NCBI GenBank assembly: GCA_043228905.1
Contig: JBHGNT010000020.1
Location: forward strand, 14,012,001 to 14,076,000
Direction: 5' to 3'
Length of the DNA stretch: 64,000 bases
From: Azolla caroliniana
Taxonomy: Eukaryota > Plantae > Polypodiophyta
Part shown: positions 1 to 13,008 of the stretch, piece by piece
Layout of the letters: every line of letters starts with the position of its first letter
Numbering within the stretch: the first letter of the stretch is position 1
Notes under the pieces: generated by a model
What the model was told of the DNA's origin: nothing
Database searches by the model: none
The model's input: the letters and a program-made list of their open reading frames with translations, nothing else
Program-made: the position numbers and the translations under genes

Positions 1-271
1 CTATAATGTAATATATGCTATTTCCTACACATCATGTACATGTTTCTTAGGTTTTCACCATGACGTCAAGTGACACTCACAATTAGAGTTTTCAAAAAAA
101 TTAAAACTCAAGCATCATTGAAGTACAAAATAAGCCACTACTAAAGGGAAGATAGGCTCTTAAGATATATACAAGGTTGTCAATTTGTCTATGTTAAGGA
201 CTAATGACACATGAGGCGTAAACCATACACAAACTTGTGTGTAGAATGTGACGAATAGTGAGTTGTGTCAT

Positions 272-3200
272 TCAATGGTCTATAATAAAAGTTTCATCTT
301 TTACAAAGTGAGGATCCAAGAACCTTGCCACAAAAGCCCAAAGTCTATAAACATCCTCAAAATTAGTGAAGAAACCAAGAGTGGCACTCACCACTCTAAA
401 CCTTAATGGTGAGCTTAATTCATCATCAAGACATTGTATTACCTTTGTGCAATCCTCCTCATTAATGTGAGCGAGAACCCCTGTCCCAATGGAGATATTG
501 TGAGCCCGTGCCATCTTTTGCACCATCATCGGTTTTATCAAACATCCATTACTATCAAATAGATTGAATGCCATTGATGCACCCCTCTCAAACTTCACCT
601 TTGGTCCATATACATGTACCAAGGGTACATAGCTAGAGCTATTCGATGATGAATGTTCTACGAGATGGTGAAGCTTCAACATGGAGCTTACAAGCCAATT
701 GATCAAAAACCCTAGCCTATCATTGGTCTTGTTTAACCCAAGTGCATCAGCATGGTTAAGACCTCGGCAATATATTTCTGGATCCCTTCTAACTACATTA
801 AACATTGATGCATCATCCACGAGGTGATCGAGGTCACTATCACTTTCATAGCCATCATTGTCATCGTCATCATATAAGGATGACGAGAAATCTAAGCTAT
901 CTTCACTACCATCAATATAGTTAAATGATGAGCTCTCATTGTCTACATTAAGGGTAAGGTGATTCTTCTTGGTATCTAGAGGCTGAGAGAATGACCCTGG
1001 ATCCGTTATAAATGCATTGGATCGGCGGTGGCGGGGGCCGAAAATCTCGTGACTATGATATGACAGCCAAGACCTCGTTTTATCAGTAGATTCGGTTTTC
1101 CGAGGGTTATGAATGGGCATTACAATATCCGATTGCCTTGAGGATTCCATCTCAGTCAAGGCACTTTCTTTAGAAGCAGTTGAGCTTTCACCGGGCTCAT
1201 ATCGCCGAAGAGATGGACTCAAGCACCCACTATTACATCGATTCGATTCTACGCTAGTCTCCCGATCATTGTAACTTAGGCTACTTTGCCCTTCTATAAG
1301 AAGGCTCTCCTCTAAGACCGACCTAGGGGTGAGAGGTCCGCCTATCTTACCCTTGGTTGCAAGGTCATTTATACTATCTCCATCTCCTTGAAACACATGG
1401 ATTGTTGGCAATGGTAATGCAGTGTCGAGATTTGATATAGCCTCGGCACTAGATTCAACGGAATCCTCTTTCATTTTAGAATGCTGACTCACATCAGCTC
1501 CATCCGACATAACCCCTTCGGGAATTGCCGAGTTTACTAGTCCGGAGAAAGCAATTTCAGCATGCCGAATGCTTCTTCTACATTCCCTCTTATGTGCCCT
1601 TCTCTCAATATAGTTGTAATTATGTACTTCTTCTTCTTCTTCTTCATCCACAACAATGGGTGCAACAAGCCTCACCATGCCCAGATTATTGCTCCTCGAA
1701 TCATGACCAGAGGATGGGCGGAGGATGCCCATGGACGAATTCTTGACAAAGAGGCACCCGAAGCCAGTCGGATCGGATCCAAAGACTTTGTAGAATGAAG
1801 TGACTATGAAATCGGGGCGGAACAGAGAGAGGCCGAGAGAGTCCATATCTTTGGGACCCGCCGCGGATGCATCGAGAAGCACATGCCAGCCGTTGTCTTG
1901 TGCCAGAGACATCCATTGGTACGAATACTTGGTGCCCGAAATCCGAGATTGAATGGGGAACACGAACAATCCCTTGTTCTCTTTCGGAACATCCGTCAAT
2001 GCGCAATTCTGGACAGCTTTGATCTCATCTTTTGCTTCTTGATTGGCTTCCTTCTTCTTCTTCTTCGTCTTCTTCTTCTTCTCCAAATTAGACCCATTTT
2101 CCTCTGAATTGGGTTGCTGCTTCTTTCCCAAATTAGCCCCATTCTTGCCTGATTTGGGCTGTTTTAGCTCATCCAGATTGGCCCATTCCTTCTCCCACAC
2201 ATTCCTCTTCTGCATAAGCTGCAGCTTCATCTCTGCCGAGCAAACGGAGAGAGAAGGGAAATGGAACCTCGCATTCATCACATTCTCTGCTCCACCATTC
2301 CTTCTTGCAATCTCTTCCAAAGAACACACAGACTGGCTCTCATAATCAAACATGGTAAGCAGCCTTCTCCCATGGCCATCATTGAATGGATAAGACTCCC
2401 CCACAAGCTTAAAAGCAGAGCTTTTGCTATCTGTGAAGAACAGACTGTATTCTCCTTCTTGTATGTTAAGGAACCCCATTATCCTTCTCCTTATATCAAA
2501 TTCCACAGTTCCTTCCTCTGCATGACAAGATTCCATGGAAACTAGGTCCCCTGATGCCTGGGACAGAACAAAGGAAGAAGACGGGGAATCGAGCTCCTGT
2601 TGAAGATGAGAAAAGAGGCCATGGCCACTGTAATCTAAGCAAACGCGGCCATCTTCCGCTTGGAGCTCACTGTATTCTTCTTCGCGGAGCTCGTCCACGA
2701 TTAGGGTTTCAAGATACTCCGGATGGATGGTTGTGAAGCTCTCGAAAGCTTCTTGCTCGGAGGGAATGGATGAGGCAGAAGTCACCATTTGAGCTTCTTC
2801 GGTATCTCCATTAAAGCTGATATCCCTTCTCTTTCTTCTTCTTCTTCTTCTTCTTCTGTTTCTCCTTCTTTCTTTTTCAAGAATAGCAGCAGAGTTTCTG
2901 AGGCCTTTGAGTCTGCCTAGACATGAACCTAGAACAGAGTATTTGCTAGAGGAGGGCGATATTCTAGCCTTTTTCTTTACCAGAGAGTGTATTCGGAGAA
3001 GCAATGACCTGCAAATTAACCCAAACGAGAAGATTTAAGAAATGGAGTTCGGAGATTATATAAGGATTTTAGGGTTTCTCTTAGGATGTTAGGGTTTACA
3101 GAAAAGCCTAGAAAGTAAGCGATAGAAACATATTGGGATTGAAGGTTTTTCTTAGGGTTTGGAGTATACATAAACCCAAAAATCAGACCTAGACCTTAAG

Positions 3201-3949
3201 AATTAACATAAAGAGAAGCAAGACATTGTGTCCAGAGGAATCCATAAACTTTATTATAAGACATATGTTGATTGGGAAGCAGAAAAGGAAACAGAATTTA
3301 CTGTAAGTGGAGAAGGCAAGAATTTTAAAAACAGAGTTTTAAGCTTTTTCTTGGGGTTAAGGGTTAGAGGAGACACTAAGAATTAAGGAGAAGAAGCATA
3401 TGGGGAAACTGGATTCAGGTTTTTTCTTTAGGTTTGGAGTTTAATGAAACCATAAACTGACCCTAGACAGGGTTTAGAGCATAGAGAAAACCCTAACCCT
3501 TAATAGATAACATCATAGAGAAGACCCTATACAGGGTTTATAGCATTAATAGATAACCTTTAATAGTGATTAGGGTTTAGGATTTAGATTTTTTTGGCAT
3601 TTAGGGTTTCTTACGAATTACTCTGAATAAACCCTTAAAACCCTAAGAATTGATATCAAGAGGGGGGAGGAAGGAAGCACAGAGATCAGCTGAGATTTTA
3701 GAAATTAGGGTTCAGTTAACAGAATCGATTTTAGAGAGAACAAAATATGTGCAACAAGAATGCAATCAACGCTCAAGTCAATGAATTGCATTGAAGACCA
3801 ACCAATACAGACAATCATTAAATGAAAGAAGACAACAACAACAAAAAAGCATTTTCATTTTCAGAAACATTCTCCATTGATATAATGAAACAAATAGGCC
3901 TTCATCAAGTAAGTTACCTTATGGAATCCACTTGAGAGGAGAACCCCAT
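272..3949 (-). CDS. PLP-dependent transferase (aminotransferase class V), plant molybdenum-cofactor-sulfurase-like family without MOSC domain; exons 3949-3918 and 3008-272
   Basis: The 910-aa ORF has family motifs VCLDYSGHGLFS, WHVLLDA, PDFIVTSFYKVFGSDPTGFGCL (PLP lysine), HADALGLNKT and LGFFTNFEDVYRLWAFVARFLD. ATG at 3949, donor AAG|GTAACT at 3918/3917 and acceptor TTTGCAG|G at 3009/3008 join in frame (MGFSSQVDSIR-SLLLRIHS). Confidence 0.9.
3065..3712. promoter_or_regulatory. Cluster of telo-box motifs (AAACCCTA/TAGGGTTT) in intron 1
   Basis: About seven perfect and several near-perfect copies, e.g. near 3070, 3090, 3153, 3488, 3571, 3602 and 3638. Confidence 0.6.
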
Positions 3950-6057
3950 CAGTTTCTTCTTCTTCCTCTTCCTCTTCCTCTTCCTGTTCTTCTTCTTCTG
4001 CTACTCTGCATTGAAGTTACAGAAAGAACAGAGACATATGGAAGAGCCAAAAACAGAGACAGGGTAAGAGAGACAGAGACAGAGACTCTGTTCTTCTTTT
4101 TGAGTGTATGTGTAAGAGGAATCAGTTGGGTAGATATACAGAAATATATAGATAGATATAGATAGATATGGTTTGTTGGAATTCACCAACAAAAAAGCTA
4201 GATTTCTATTGAGAATCTCCACTACACCTTCACCAAATCCAATGGTAAATATAAGATACACAAAACCACACACATAACATGAATGTATGTGTGTATATAT
4301 ATAATCATAGGTCTAATCCTTCACCCTATTGGGAAGTGTTTCTACATACTCACCATGGGATGAATATTTCAATGGGGGTAGATACATAGACATTATGTAC
4401 ATATATAATACCATATCTATATAGATAATAGGTATACATATAGATAGAGAGAGAAACTTGGTGGGTGGAAATCACCCACAATGGTGGATTTTTCATGGGT
4501 ATCAATCACTTTTGATTGCTAACATCCCAAGATATCGAATTCTATTGCTAACTCCGATGCAATCCCACACGTTCGCGTGGCACAAAAAACGGGTTCGCTC
4601 CATACGGACTTTCTTATCTTGCCCATTGCCCATTGCATTGGTCACTATTTGTGTGGATAGTCAATCATATATGCACATATGGCTCTGTTTATTAGGGGGT
4701 ATTTATGAGGGGATTGGGGTTGAAGTTGTGTTTGATCTATAGTTCAACCCATTGTGTAACATGCGAGAATAATGCGTCATCAAGTTATTTTCACACTCCC
4801 TGTGTTAAGTCCAATATTTGTGTTCGTATGGCACAAAGTATTTTTCACACAAATGTGGGCTTCAGATGACGAACACCAATTTCTTGCTTGATATGTTGTA
4901 CTGACTTGCGTGCATAATGCACCAGATGGGATCGCTAGGTTGTTTTCAATCTCTTCGTTTGAATTGCCCCTAGGACCAACTACACTAAGCTTGGTTTTTA
5001 TGTTGTTTCCAAGAAAGTTTTCATGTATGCGTAGAAAGCCACAAAGTCCAATAGTTTTGTACCCAAATTGTGAGACTAAAGTACTCAACATGTAGATGTC
5101 ATTGTTACTCACATTACCAAAACATGAAAGGAATGCCGACAAGTGTTGCGAGTAATTATGGAAATCACTACATTACATCAACTACTCATAGGGTTTTTAT
5201 TGATATATGCTAATCGGATTCATCATGGTGTTTGATCCTACTAGCATGCATGTGGTGCAACACTAGAGATCAACATATTATATGACTTTACAAAGTTGGC
5301 AAATGAATTTTCTATCATAATTTAACATATAATATAACGGAGTGACCGTAATCATGTTAGCTTAAGTCACGAGTCTCAATGCTCACGTGATATGAACCAT
5401 CCATATGTCATGAGAGTGTCTTCTTTCGTAGAACCGTAGTGTAAACGTGAGTTGTCAAACCATATAAGTATTGTATTGTCTTGAACATGAAGTTATTGAA
5501 CCAAGTAGTTGTGATATTTATATTACAAACTCATTGTAATTCTATTTATATTATGAGATTTGTAAAGATCTGATGGCCCTTGTATTATTGTTTGCTAGCC
5601 TTTCATCTATGTATGTGGGTGAAGTTTCATTGTATTGTTGCTTTCCTAATAGCCACATATATCCATACTAAGGAAAATGCAACTTTGAAAGTGATGATTA
5701 GTATATCATTTATGTTTTCAATTTTATTTGCTTGGAAATGCTTCTCTATTTCCAATATTTTTTTCCCATAAAAAATATCCTCCATTGGTATTACTCAGCT
5801 TTAGAACATTTACATCCAAAACAACAACGTAATTTATAAGCAAGACATGCATTTTGTCATTTAACATTGGCGGTCATTTTTGAACTAAAAGAATGAGGAA
5901 ATAGACATTACCGCCTCATAATGATTTGTTAATCAATCTTCATAGATAGTTGTTATTCTTCAAGTAACATACATAATCATGCTATTCACCATATTACCAC
6001 TTCATAATGATTTGTCAATCAATCTTCACAGATAGTTGTTATTCTTCAAATAACATA

Positions 6058-6198
6058 TGATGCTTGGTATAAGAAGTATATTTTGTTTTGGAATAAATAA
6101 ATAAATAAAATTGTAAGCTTCTGGGCTGACAAGCTCAAGTTGTAGCCTTCGAGTGTTTTTCGTTAATACTACTGAAGAAAATCTTTGAAGGAAAAAAA
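6058..6198 (+). mobile_element. Extremely 5'-truncated LINE 3' tail with poly(A)
   Basis: 6108-6198 resembles the 3' end of the LINE at about 17383-17470 (aattgtaag...aagttgtagc...ttaatact...gaaaatctttgaag plus A-tract). A short AACATA duplication flanks it. Confidence 0.65.
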
Positions 6199-9100
6199 AA
6201 ACATACATAACACGAAACATGTAATGTCTTTTTTTACCAAAGCTCAAAACCATTACAATATAACATTGATAATACACATTTGGTTGCATGCTTTGTAGCT
6301 ACATTATGATAGCATTGTTTGATTCCCAACGCATTACAAAAAATAAAACCTTGTGATGTCTGACAACTTTTGCAAATTTACATCCATGTAGGAATGTTTT
6401 CACTTTTCTTTCCATATCACTATGAAACATTGCTAACTCTTAAAGAAGTCATGCATGTAACCTATGTCTTGCTTGGATTCCTGAAGAAATGCCATGAAAA
6501 ATGAGTCAATATGCAATAAACATACTCATGTAGGTATGTGCATGCGTGGATATCAACACAAACTTACATGTCAAGAGGGTAATATGTCATACTATATGAC
6601 ATATACCTAGAAATGTTCAACACCTTCAAATAAAAAGATGAGGATGAATCCTAGTTATAATGGGGATGGAAACTTCCATGAAACATTACTCACCCTTGAT
6701 ATATTTTCAATTGTTTCTTATGGAAATAACATGTTATGTAAATGACTATAGTTACATAAATTGTATTATAATAGAGTAAGGCATGCTTTAGAGTTGAGCG
6801 AATATGGTTGTCCCTAGTATGTAACTTATATGGAAAATATTAGAAACATCTTTGCCTAATTCTTGTTTGTATAAGATTGCAATAAACAAATTATCAATGG
6901 TCATTGTAAATGGATGGCAAGTAAACACATCATGCTATTACCCATGAGATAATTTATGTTTCATTTTTGTTCCTAAGTTAGCAATAATTTATTATTCTTT
7001 AAGAAGCGAGATAGGAAATAATCCACACCCACAAGGTAAAAAGTATCTTTCTTTTAGCAACGAGCCAAAAGATGGATTTGATTTAACAATTTGTGAAGTA
7101 TAAACATCAAATTTAAAATGGACATCAAGTGATATACACGAAACACGTCAACAAGGCATTGTTGGTGTGTGCATTGAACATATTATACACCTGAAAGCCA
7201 ATGTACAAACACATACATATTGTCCCAAAAAACGTTGAACCACTCCCCTTCTAAGCACCAACTAGATATGTACGTCAATTCAAATAGTTTGAAAAAACTT
7301 ATTTTATAAGCCCAAACTAGATGGACCACAACAAATAATTGAGATGGTTTTGGGAAGGGGGGTCTTGGCATAAGTAGTTCCGGTAGTTTCTTTCTTTGAC
7401 AAGAATATTTATACATATGATGGTTGGGGTGGTAGTAGGTACCCCTGAATGCATGTCAAAACATGTGCGTATCAACATGGTACATACACATACATCATTG
7501 TACTATATTCTTCTTCGTGGATTTTGGTGCCTTTTATTATTAATAATTAAATCATCTTTTCACAAGCCTCGAAAGGAGACAATGTATACGTATGTTGAGA
7601 ATGGAATGAACAGTGAGAACCCATGTAGTTTTAAGCTTGAGACAAAGACACAGGGAGTTAAAATAGATGAGGGTGTCAGGAATCATTATAAGCTTTTCCA
7701 TTTCTTCATATATCTCTATATATTTGTGCATGCATGCGTTCTTGTACATACCTTTCCATTTTTTATGCACGTGATCTTACCAACTCGCCTTTTCGTTTAT
7801 GAAAGTATTCTTCCTTTTCAAAACATTTTACTTACGCTCCATCTTTCAAACTCATTTTATAAGATATATATGACGCCAAAGTTATTGTATATAACAAGCA
7901 TGCCACATCTAACAATATTCCAATGACAATGCTAGGGATGGCACATGATTAGAAAATATGAAGATGCCAATCGAAATTGTAAGAAATGAATGTGTGTGGG
8001 AAATGTCAACAAAATTTATTCATGAAGCAAGATAAGCTAATCAATCTAAAGCACTAAGTTTGTTCTTGAGTCTCGATACTTGTTTGATGTGCGTAACATG
8101 TAGTAAAAGTTTGGTAAAAGGGAATGTTCAAGGTATGATAATTGAGAGGGTAGCAAAATGGTGTGTAAGATACATATCTGGCATATTCAAAAATTGTGTC
8201 AGAAAGGTTGAACGGGGAAAATTGTCCAGCTCCAAAACCTAGGAGAGTGGGAGAAGGGAATGTTTATGGTACAATTGTAAATATTTTGAAATTAGAGTCA
8301 CGCTTAACAGTTGACATTGTAGTAAATCTATACAATATTACATTGACCAACTATTGTAGTTTTGAAAGGAAACTGTGAACCCCATGTGACAAACTCTTAG
8401 GTATCTCATCGGATGGCTAAACACACAGAACTAATTGTTTTAACGAACCAAAGGGAGTGCCTGCAATTACCAGAGTAATGGGTAAACTTAATCAATTTAG
8501 TTTGTTATATCAATGCACATACATACATTGCATAGAGACACACAAGATGATCATTAAAAAGTGATGTCGTAAGATTTCTTGAATCGTGTTGCTTGATGTA
8601 GCTTTGATTAAACCGTCACTTAAGCAACATCATATTTTAACAACAATCACCTTGGGAAAACCTTTGATGACATGATGGTGTGTGCCAATCCTAGTTAGAT
8701 ATGATGAGTAACATAGACTATCTCTTTAGGTGTGTGTGATCAACGTCATTGTTGAGTATGCATTAACAAATACTAATATCCATGTATATATAAATTAAAA
8801 GGGAAAACACTAAAACATGCTCATATTTGTATGTGAATAATAATAAAAATGGTCAAAGGTGATGTTGCTATTAAATCACATGAAATTTGAGACAAAAACA
8901 TAATAATACATAAACCGATTGTTTGAGGGTTTTGGTTAAATACAAGATTTACTTTAATATTTGTGACCTAATTAGAATATCATCGGTGTTTCATAGAATT
9001 GAATATTACCTTATGTTATACCTTGGTTGTTGCCTAACAAATCCAAAGAAGATAAGTTAGCCTCAAGATGTCTTGCTGAAAGTGGTGGCTAGTGCCCTTT

Positions 9101-9299
9101 GTAAAACTCAACCAATGTTGTCACATATATCATTCTTATGGATTTTTTTTTGAGAAAGTTGTGAAGATGTGAGTGCTTGTTTTTTTTTCCAAACAACATC
9201 ATACCTTCCATTAGTTTTAAAAAGGCATATCAACTACAAATTACAAAATAGATGGAAAGGAAGCGACGGTTCTTCCCAAGCCCATCTTGTGTAACAATG

Positions 9300-10365
9300 G
9301 CTAGCCATGAATCCTTCGTTTGATAGAAATGATTGAGCACTTCCTCAATTTTCCCATTCTCAACATATCCTGCAACCACTGCATTCTAGGAGACCTGTTC
9401 CTGGACTAAAAGTCTATTAAATACTACTTGTGCCTCGACAAGTGACCCACATTTAGCATACATATATACTAATGTATTGTCAATGAAATAATCTCTTTTG
9501 ACTGGTTTTTGTACAATGTCCTTGTGAATTTCATTGCCTACTAATGTACCTCTAATGCTACCGCATGCTTTCAAGCAGCCAACACGTGTGATAGTATTTG
9601 GAGGGATGTCCAGACTTTGCATTTGCTCAAAGAGGAAGAGTGTTGTCTCACTATATCCATGTTCCACATATCCTGCAGTCACTATATTCCATGAAATTGC
9701 ATCTTTCACAAGAAGATCATTGAAAATTTCTTGTGTTGTTGAGATAAAACCACATTTGGCCTACATATCCACTAAGGTATTGGCAACGAAGGTCTTAGTC
9801 TTAAACCCTTTCTTCACAATCTCGACATGTATTACGCTACCTTGATTGATGTCTATGGTATCACCACAAACTTTCAAGTTAGGAACAAGTACAAATGTAT
9901 TTGGCGAGATATTATGTGTTTGCATCTCCTTCATGAGGTTTAGTGCTTCCTCGCCATGCTCATGTTTTGCATAGCCAATGATTAGTGCAATCCATGGGAT
10001 CACATCTTTGACTGGCAAGTTGTCAAAAACTTGACGTGTTGCTTCAAGCAATCCAATTTGAGCATATGTATCAACCAACGTATTGCCAATAAGAAGATCT
10101 TTGTCAAATCCTTTCTTAATTATCTCAACATGCATTTCCTTGATGAATACTAGACCATTGTATGAATTCAAGTTACAAACTAATGATATAGTGTTTAGAG
10201 AAACACCTTCTTGTTGCATTTTCTGAATACAACTGATTACCTTCTCAACATCCCCACATTCAATATAGCTTGAAATTAATGCATTCCACAATACTACAAC
10301 TTTACTTGTGAGTTTGAGAGACACTTGTTGGGCTTCTACAAGAAGGCTATATTTAGCATAAACAC
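9300..10365 (-). pseudogene. PLS-class pentatricopeptide repeat (PPR) pseudogene
   Basis: Tandem motifs such as NTLVDTYAQIGLLEATRQVFDNLPVKDVIPWIALIIGYA. The two ORFs share one frame, broken by TAG at 9763-9761 (DM*AKCG, Tyr position) and 9388-9386 (VS*NAVVAGY, Trp position). Confidence 0.85.
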
Positions 10366-10624
10366 TTTGTGAATATATGAGTGCTTGTTACACGAACGAA
10401 GTTCAAGAAGACATTGATAAGATGCGTGAAGCAATGATCATATACCCCATTGAGCTCACTACATGGATATCACCTATCATAGGCGTTCCTAAGTAAAATG
10501 GTAAATTTTGAATAGTTTCATAGGTAGGTTCTTAGGGTACAACCAAATCATTGTCACGTTAGAAGACCAACAACACTACTTTTGCTACAAAGTTTTGGAC
10601 ATTTGCCTACAAATTAGACAGAGG

Positions 10625-11036
10625 TAATAATCGGCAATGGTTTGGTTTGAATCGAATCGAACCACGAAACTGCGACATAGTAGTTAAAAGGGTTTGGTTT
10701 GGTTTAAATCATTTGATGGTTTAGGTTGCCAATTGTTTTTTTAAAAATATTTTTTTAAAACATTTTAAAGCCTAATTCTCACATTTTAGAAAAATCTTGA
10801 AAAATTAAAATTCGAAATAATGGAAATTTTTAAATTTTTAAAATTGTAAAATTGAAATTTGATCTAACTTGAAAACTGAAACCGCAGTTTAAACGGTTTT
10901 ACGGTTTGCATTTTTTGTAACGGTTCAGTTTTAACGGTTTTTGTTCAAATAGTTTCATGGTTTGATTCAAGTTTCAAATTTTTTAATGGTTCGGTTTTGA
11001 CACTTTCGAACCAAACCAAACCGTTGCCGATTGTTA
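10625..11036. mobile_element. MITE / non-autonomous TIR DNA transposon (about 412 bp, possibly hAT-derived)
   Basis: Left end TAATAATCGGCAATGGTTTGGTTTG versus reverse complement of right end TAACAATCGGCAACGGTTTGGTTTG (2 mismatches in 25 nt). Interior is rich in GGTTT/AAACC. No clean TSD. Confidence 0.75.
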
Positions 11037-11495
11037 AATGTAGGTAACCTTTGTTGTAACTCATCGAGGGGTGAATGCTTGGGGTTGTTTCAAACCATAT
11101 TCGAATATTGTTGACAATATCTACTGTCTTTGAATCCTCTCAAATGTCAAAATTGAGTAAAACATGGGTTAATGCTCGGTCATGTAGTACCCAAAGATGG
11201 CATACCAATGAACAAATCCAAAGTCCTCTCAAATGTCAAATTTGGATAAAACATGGGTTAATGCATGGTCATGTAGTACCCAAAGATGGCATATCAATGA
11301 AAAAATACAAAGTCAAATTAATTCATCAAATTTCCCCACTAAATAATGAAAAGGCATTAAAAGTACTCATGGGGTGTGTTGGTTACTACAAACAATTTAA
11401 ACAAACTTTTAAAAGAATTCAAACGGACATGTTGGTGTAAGCAATCATTTGAATTAATTAAAGAATGTCTAGCTAAAGTCCAAATTTTCAGATTC

Positions 11496-13008
11496 AAGGG
11501 GTTTTCTGCTTGGTAGCCGTCCTCGATTGAATTGGGCTTCTATGGATGCATCAATAGCAGGTAATGTTCTATCATGGGGATGATATGTCATGAATCAACC
11601 GTTACAATCTTTGTCGAGGTTTTCAGTTCGAGGAAGTGCTATTATGTGCAATGATATGCAAGTGGCATTGGGACAATTTATGGCTTCATGGTCCACCTCT
11701 AGCAATTAGATTTTGGATTGGTTATTTCTCTCATTTAAAAGTTATTTTAGGAGTTAAAGTAATTAACACTGCGGGTGATGTAATATACTTTAATGTGGAT
11801 GATGATGGTAGGTTGTGGCATGTATTTTCTGAATCAAATGTGTGGATGTATGCCAATGTTTCAGCGATTCGAGTAGTTGCAAAATCTAGAAAAAAATGGT
11901 TCTTCGATCCACCCTTTCAAGAATGTTTACGGTGTTGTTCATTGTGGGTTTTTCAAAAAAAGCCTCTTTATAATTTGGATTGGGATCCAACTGATTATCA
12001 ATGGAAAAAAACGAATGCTAGTGGAAATGGTAAACACTTGGAGTTTTTCCAATATTCAGTTAAGCTAGGTAGAAATTTATTATTGCAATAAAAGTATAAA
12101 TGCCCTACTGCCATGAAGCATTGGAATGCAAATAATGTGAATGCATTGCAACTTACAAAATTTTGGAAATGGTTGTGGAGTATGCAGTTGCCGAAAAATG
12201 TGATTTGTTTTCGTTGGTTGTTGATGCATTATGCTCTTCCTGTTGGTGATTGGTTGAGGCAAAATCAACAATATGCTTGTGGAATGCATTGTGGTGCATC
12301 TACATAATCTATTTTGCATTTGTTTTGGTTATGTCCCAAAATCAAGCAATTCTAGAGTAAGTTGTTTTTATTACTGAGACACCATTATGCTCATTCTATC
12401 TTCTCATGGGGTGCAGTATTATGGGGTGTTCTTCATGGAGATGTTATGAAGTATGAAAGTATGCATGCTTCTCATGTTTTTCACTTTTCCAATGGGTACA
12501 TTTATCTCACTTCATTTCCATCTTTTATTCCTCGGTTTAGAACTGAAAATTTGGTTATTTGGCGTACTATTACGTCATTAGCTCTTTGGACAATATGGAA
12601 AATGAGATGCAAGGCTGTTTTTAATAATGCTCACATACATCTCAGTACTATGCTTATTGAATTCTGGTTGTTATTTGTCCATACCATACGTGGACAATAT
12701 GATGATATGCAGGGTTCAATTGATGCTCAAAGGCAAATTCAAGTGGACTTTAAGAAACGACGGCGAGGGCTTCACTTATTTTCAGATACAACTTATGGTA
12801 TGAAGTGGAATTATGCCATACCTTCTTTTTTATTGCATAGCTTGTAGATTGTGCTCCATTTGTTCCTTATATGATATCATCTGTTTGATCAGATGTTGGT
12901 ATTAGCTTTTGTATTACAATAGAGGCGAGATGAAATGTCTCCTTCTGTTTTCTATATGTACATTTCTCAAGTAATATACTAAGGTGTATCTTTCTTAAAA
13001 TAAAATAA
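11496..13008 (+). mobile_element. 5'-truncated L1-like LINE (ORF2 C-terminus, zf-RVT), decayed
   Basis: FWKWLWSMQLPKNVICFRWLLMHYALPV...CGMHCG...HLFWLCP, an A-rich tail, and a 21-bp TSD AAAGTCCAAATTTTCAGATTC (11475-11495) / AAAGTCCCAATTTTCAAATTC (13009-13029). Confidence 0.85.

Noticed and set aside
3065-3712. Interstitial telomere or chromosome-fusion scar
   Set aside because: The motifs are dispersed single units in mixed orientation, not tandem TTTAGGG arrays.
4400-9200. Short ORFs of 60-176 aa in AT-rich intergenic DNA (similar ones at 35000-40500)
   Set aside because: No recognisable domains, biased composition and many non-ATG starts; consistent with chance ORFs.
9386-9763. In-frame TAG stops in the PPR frame as possible U-to-C editing-rescued codons
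   Set aside because: They sit at Tyr and Trp positions, so editing to CAG would not restore the consensus, and such editing is organellar. Simple pseudogenisation is more likely.
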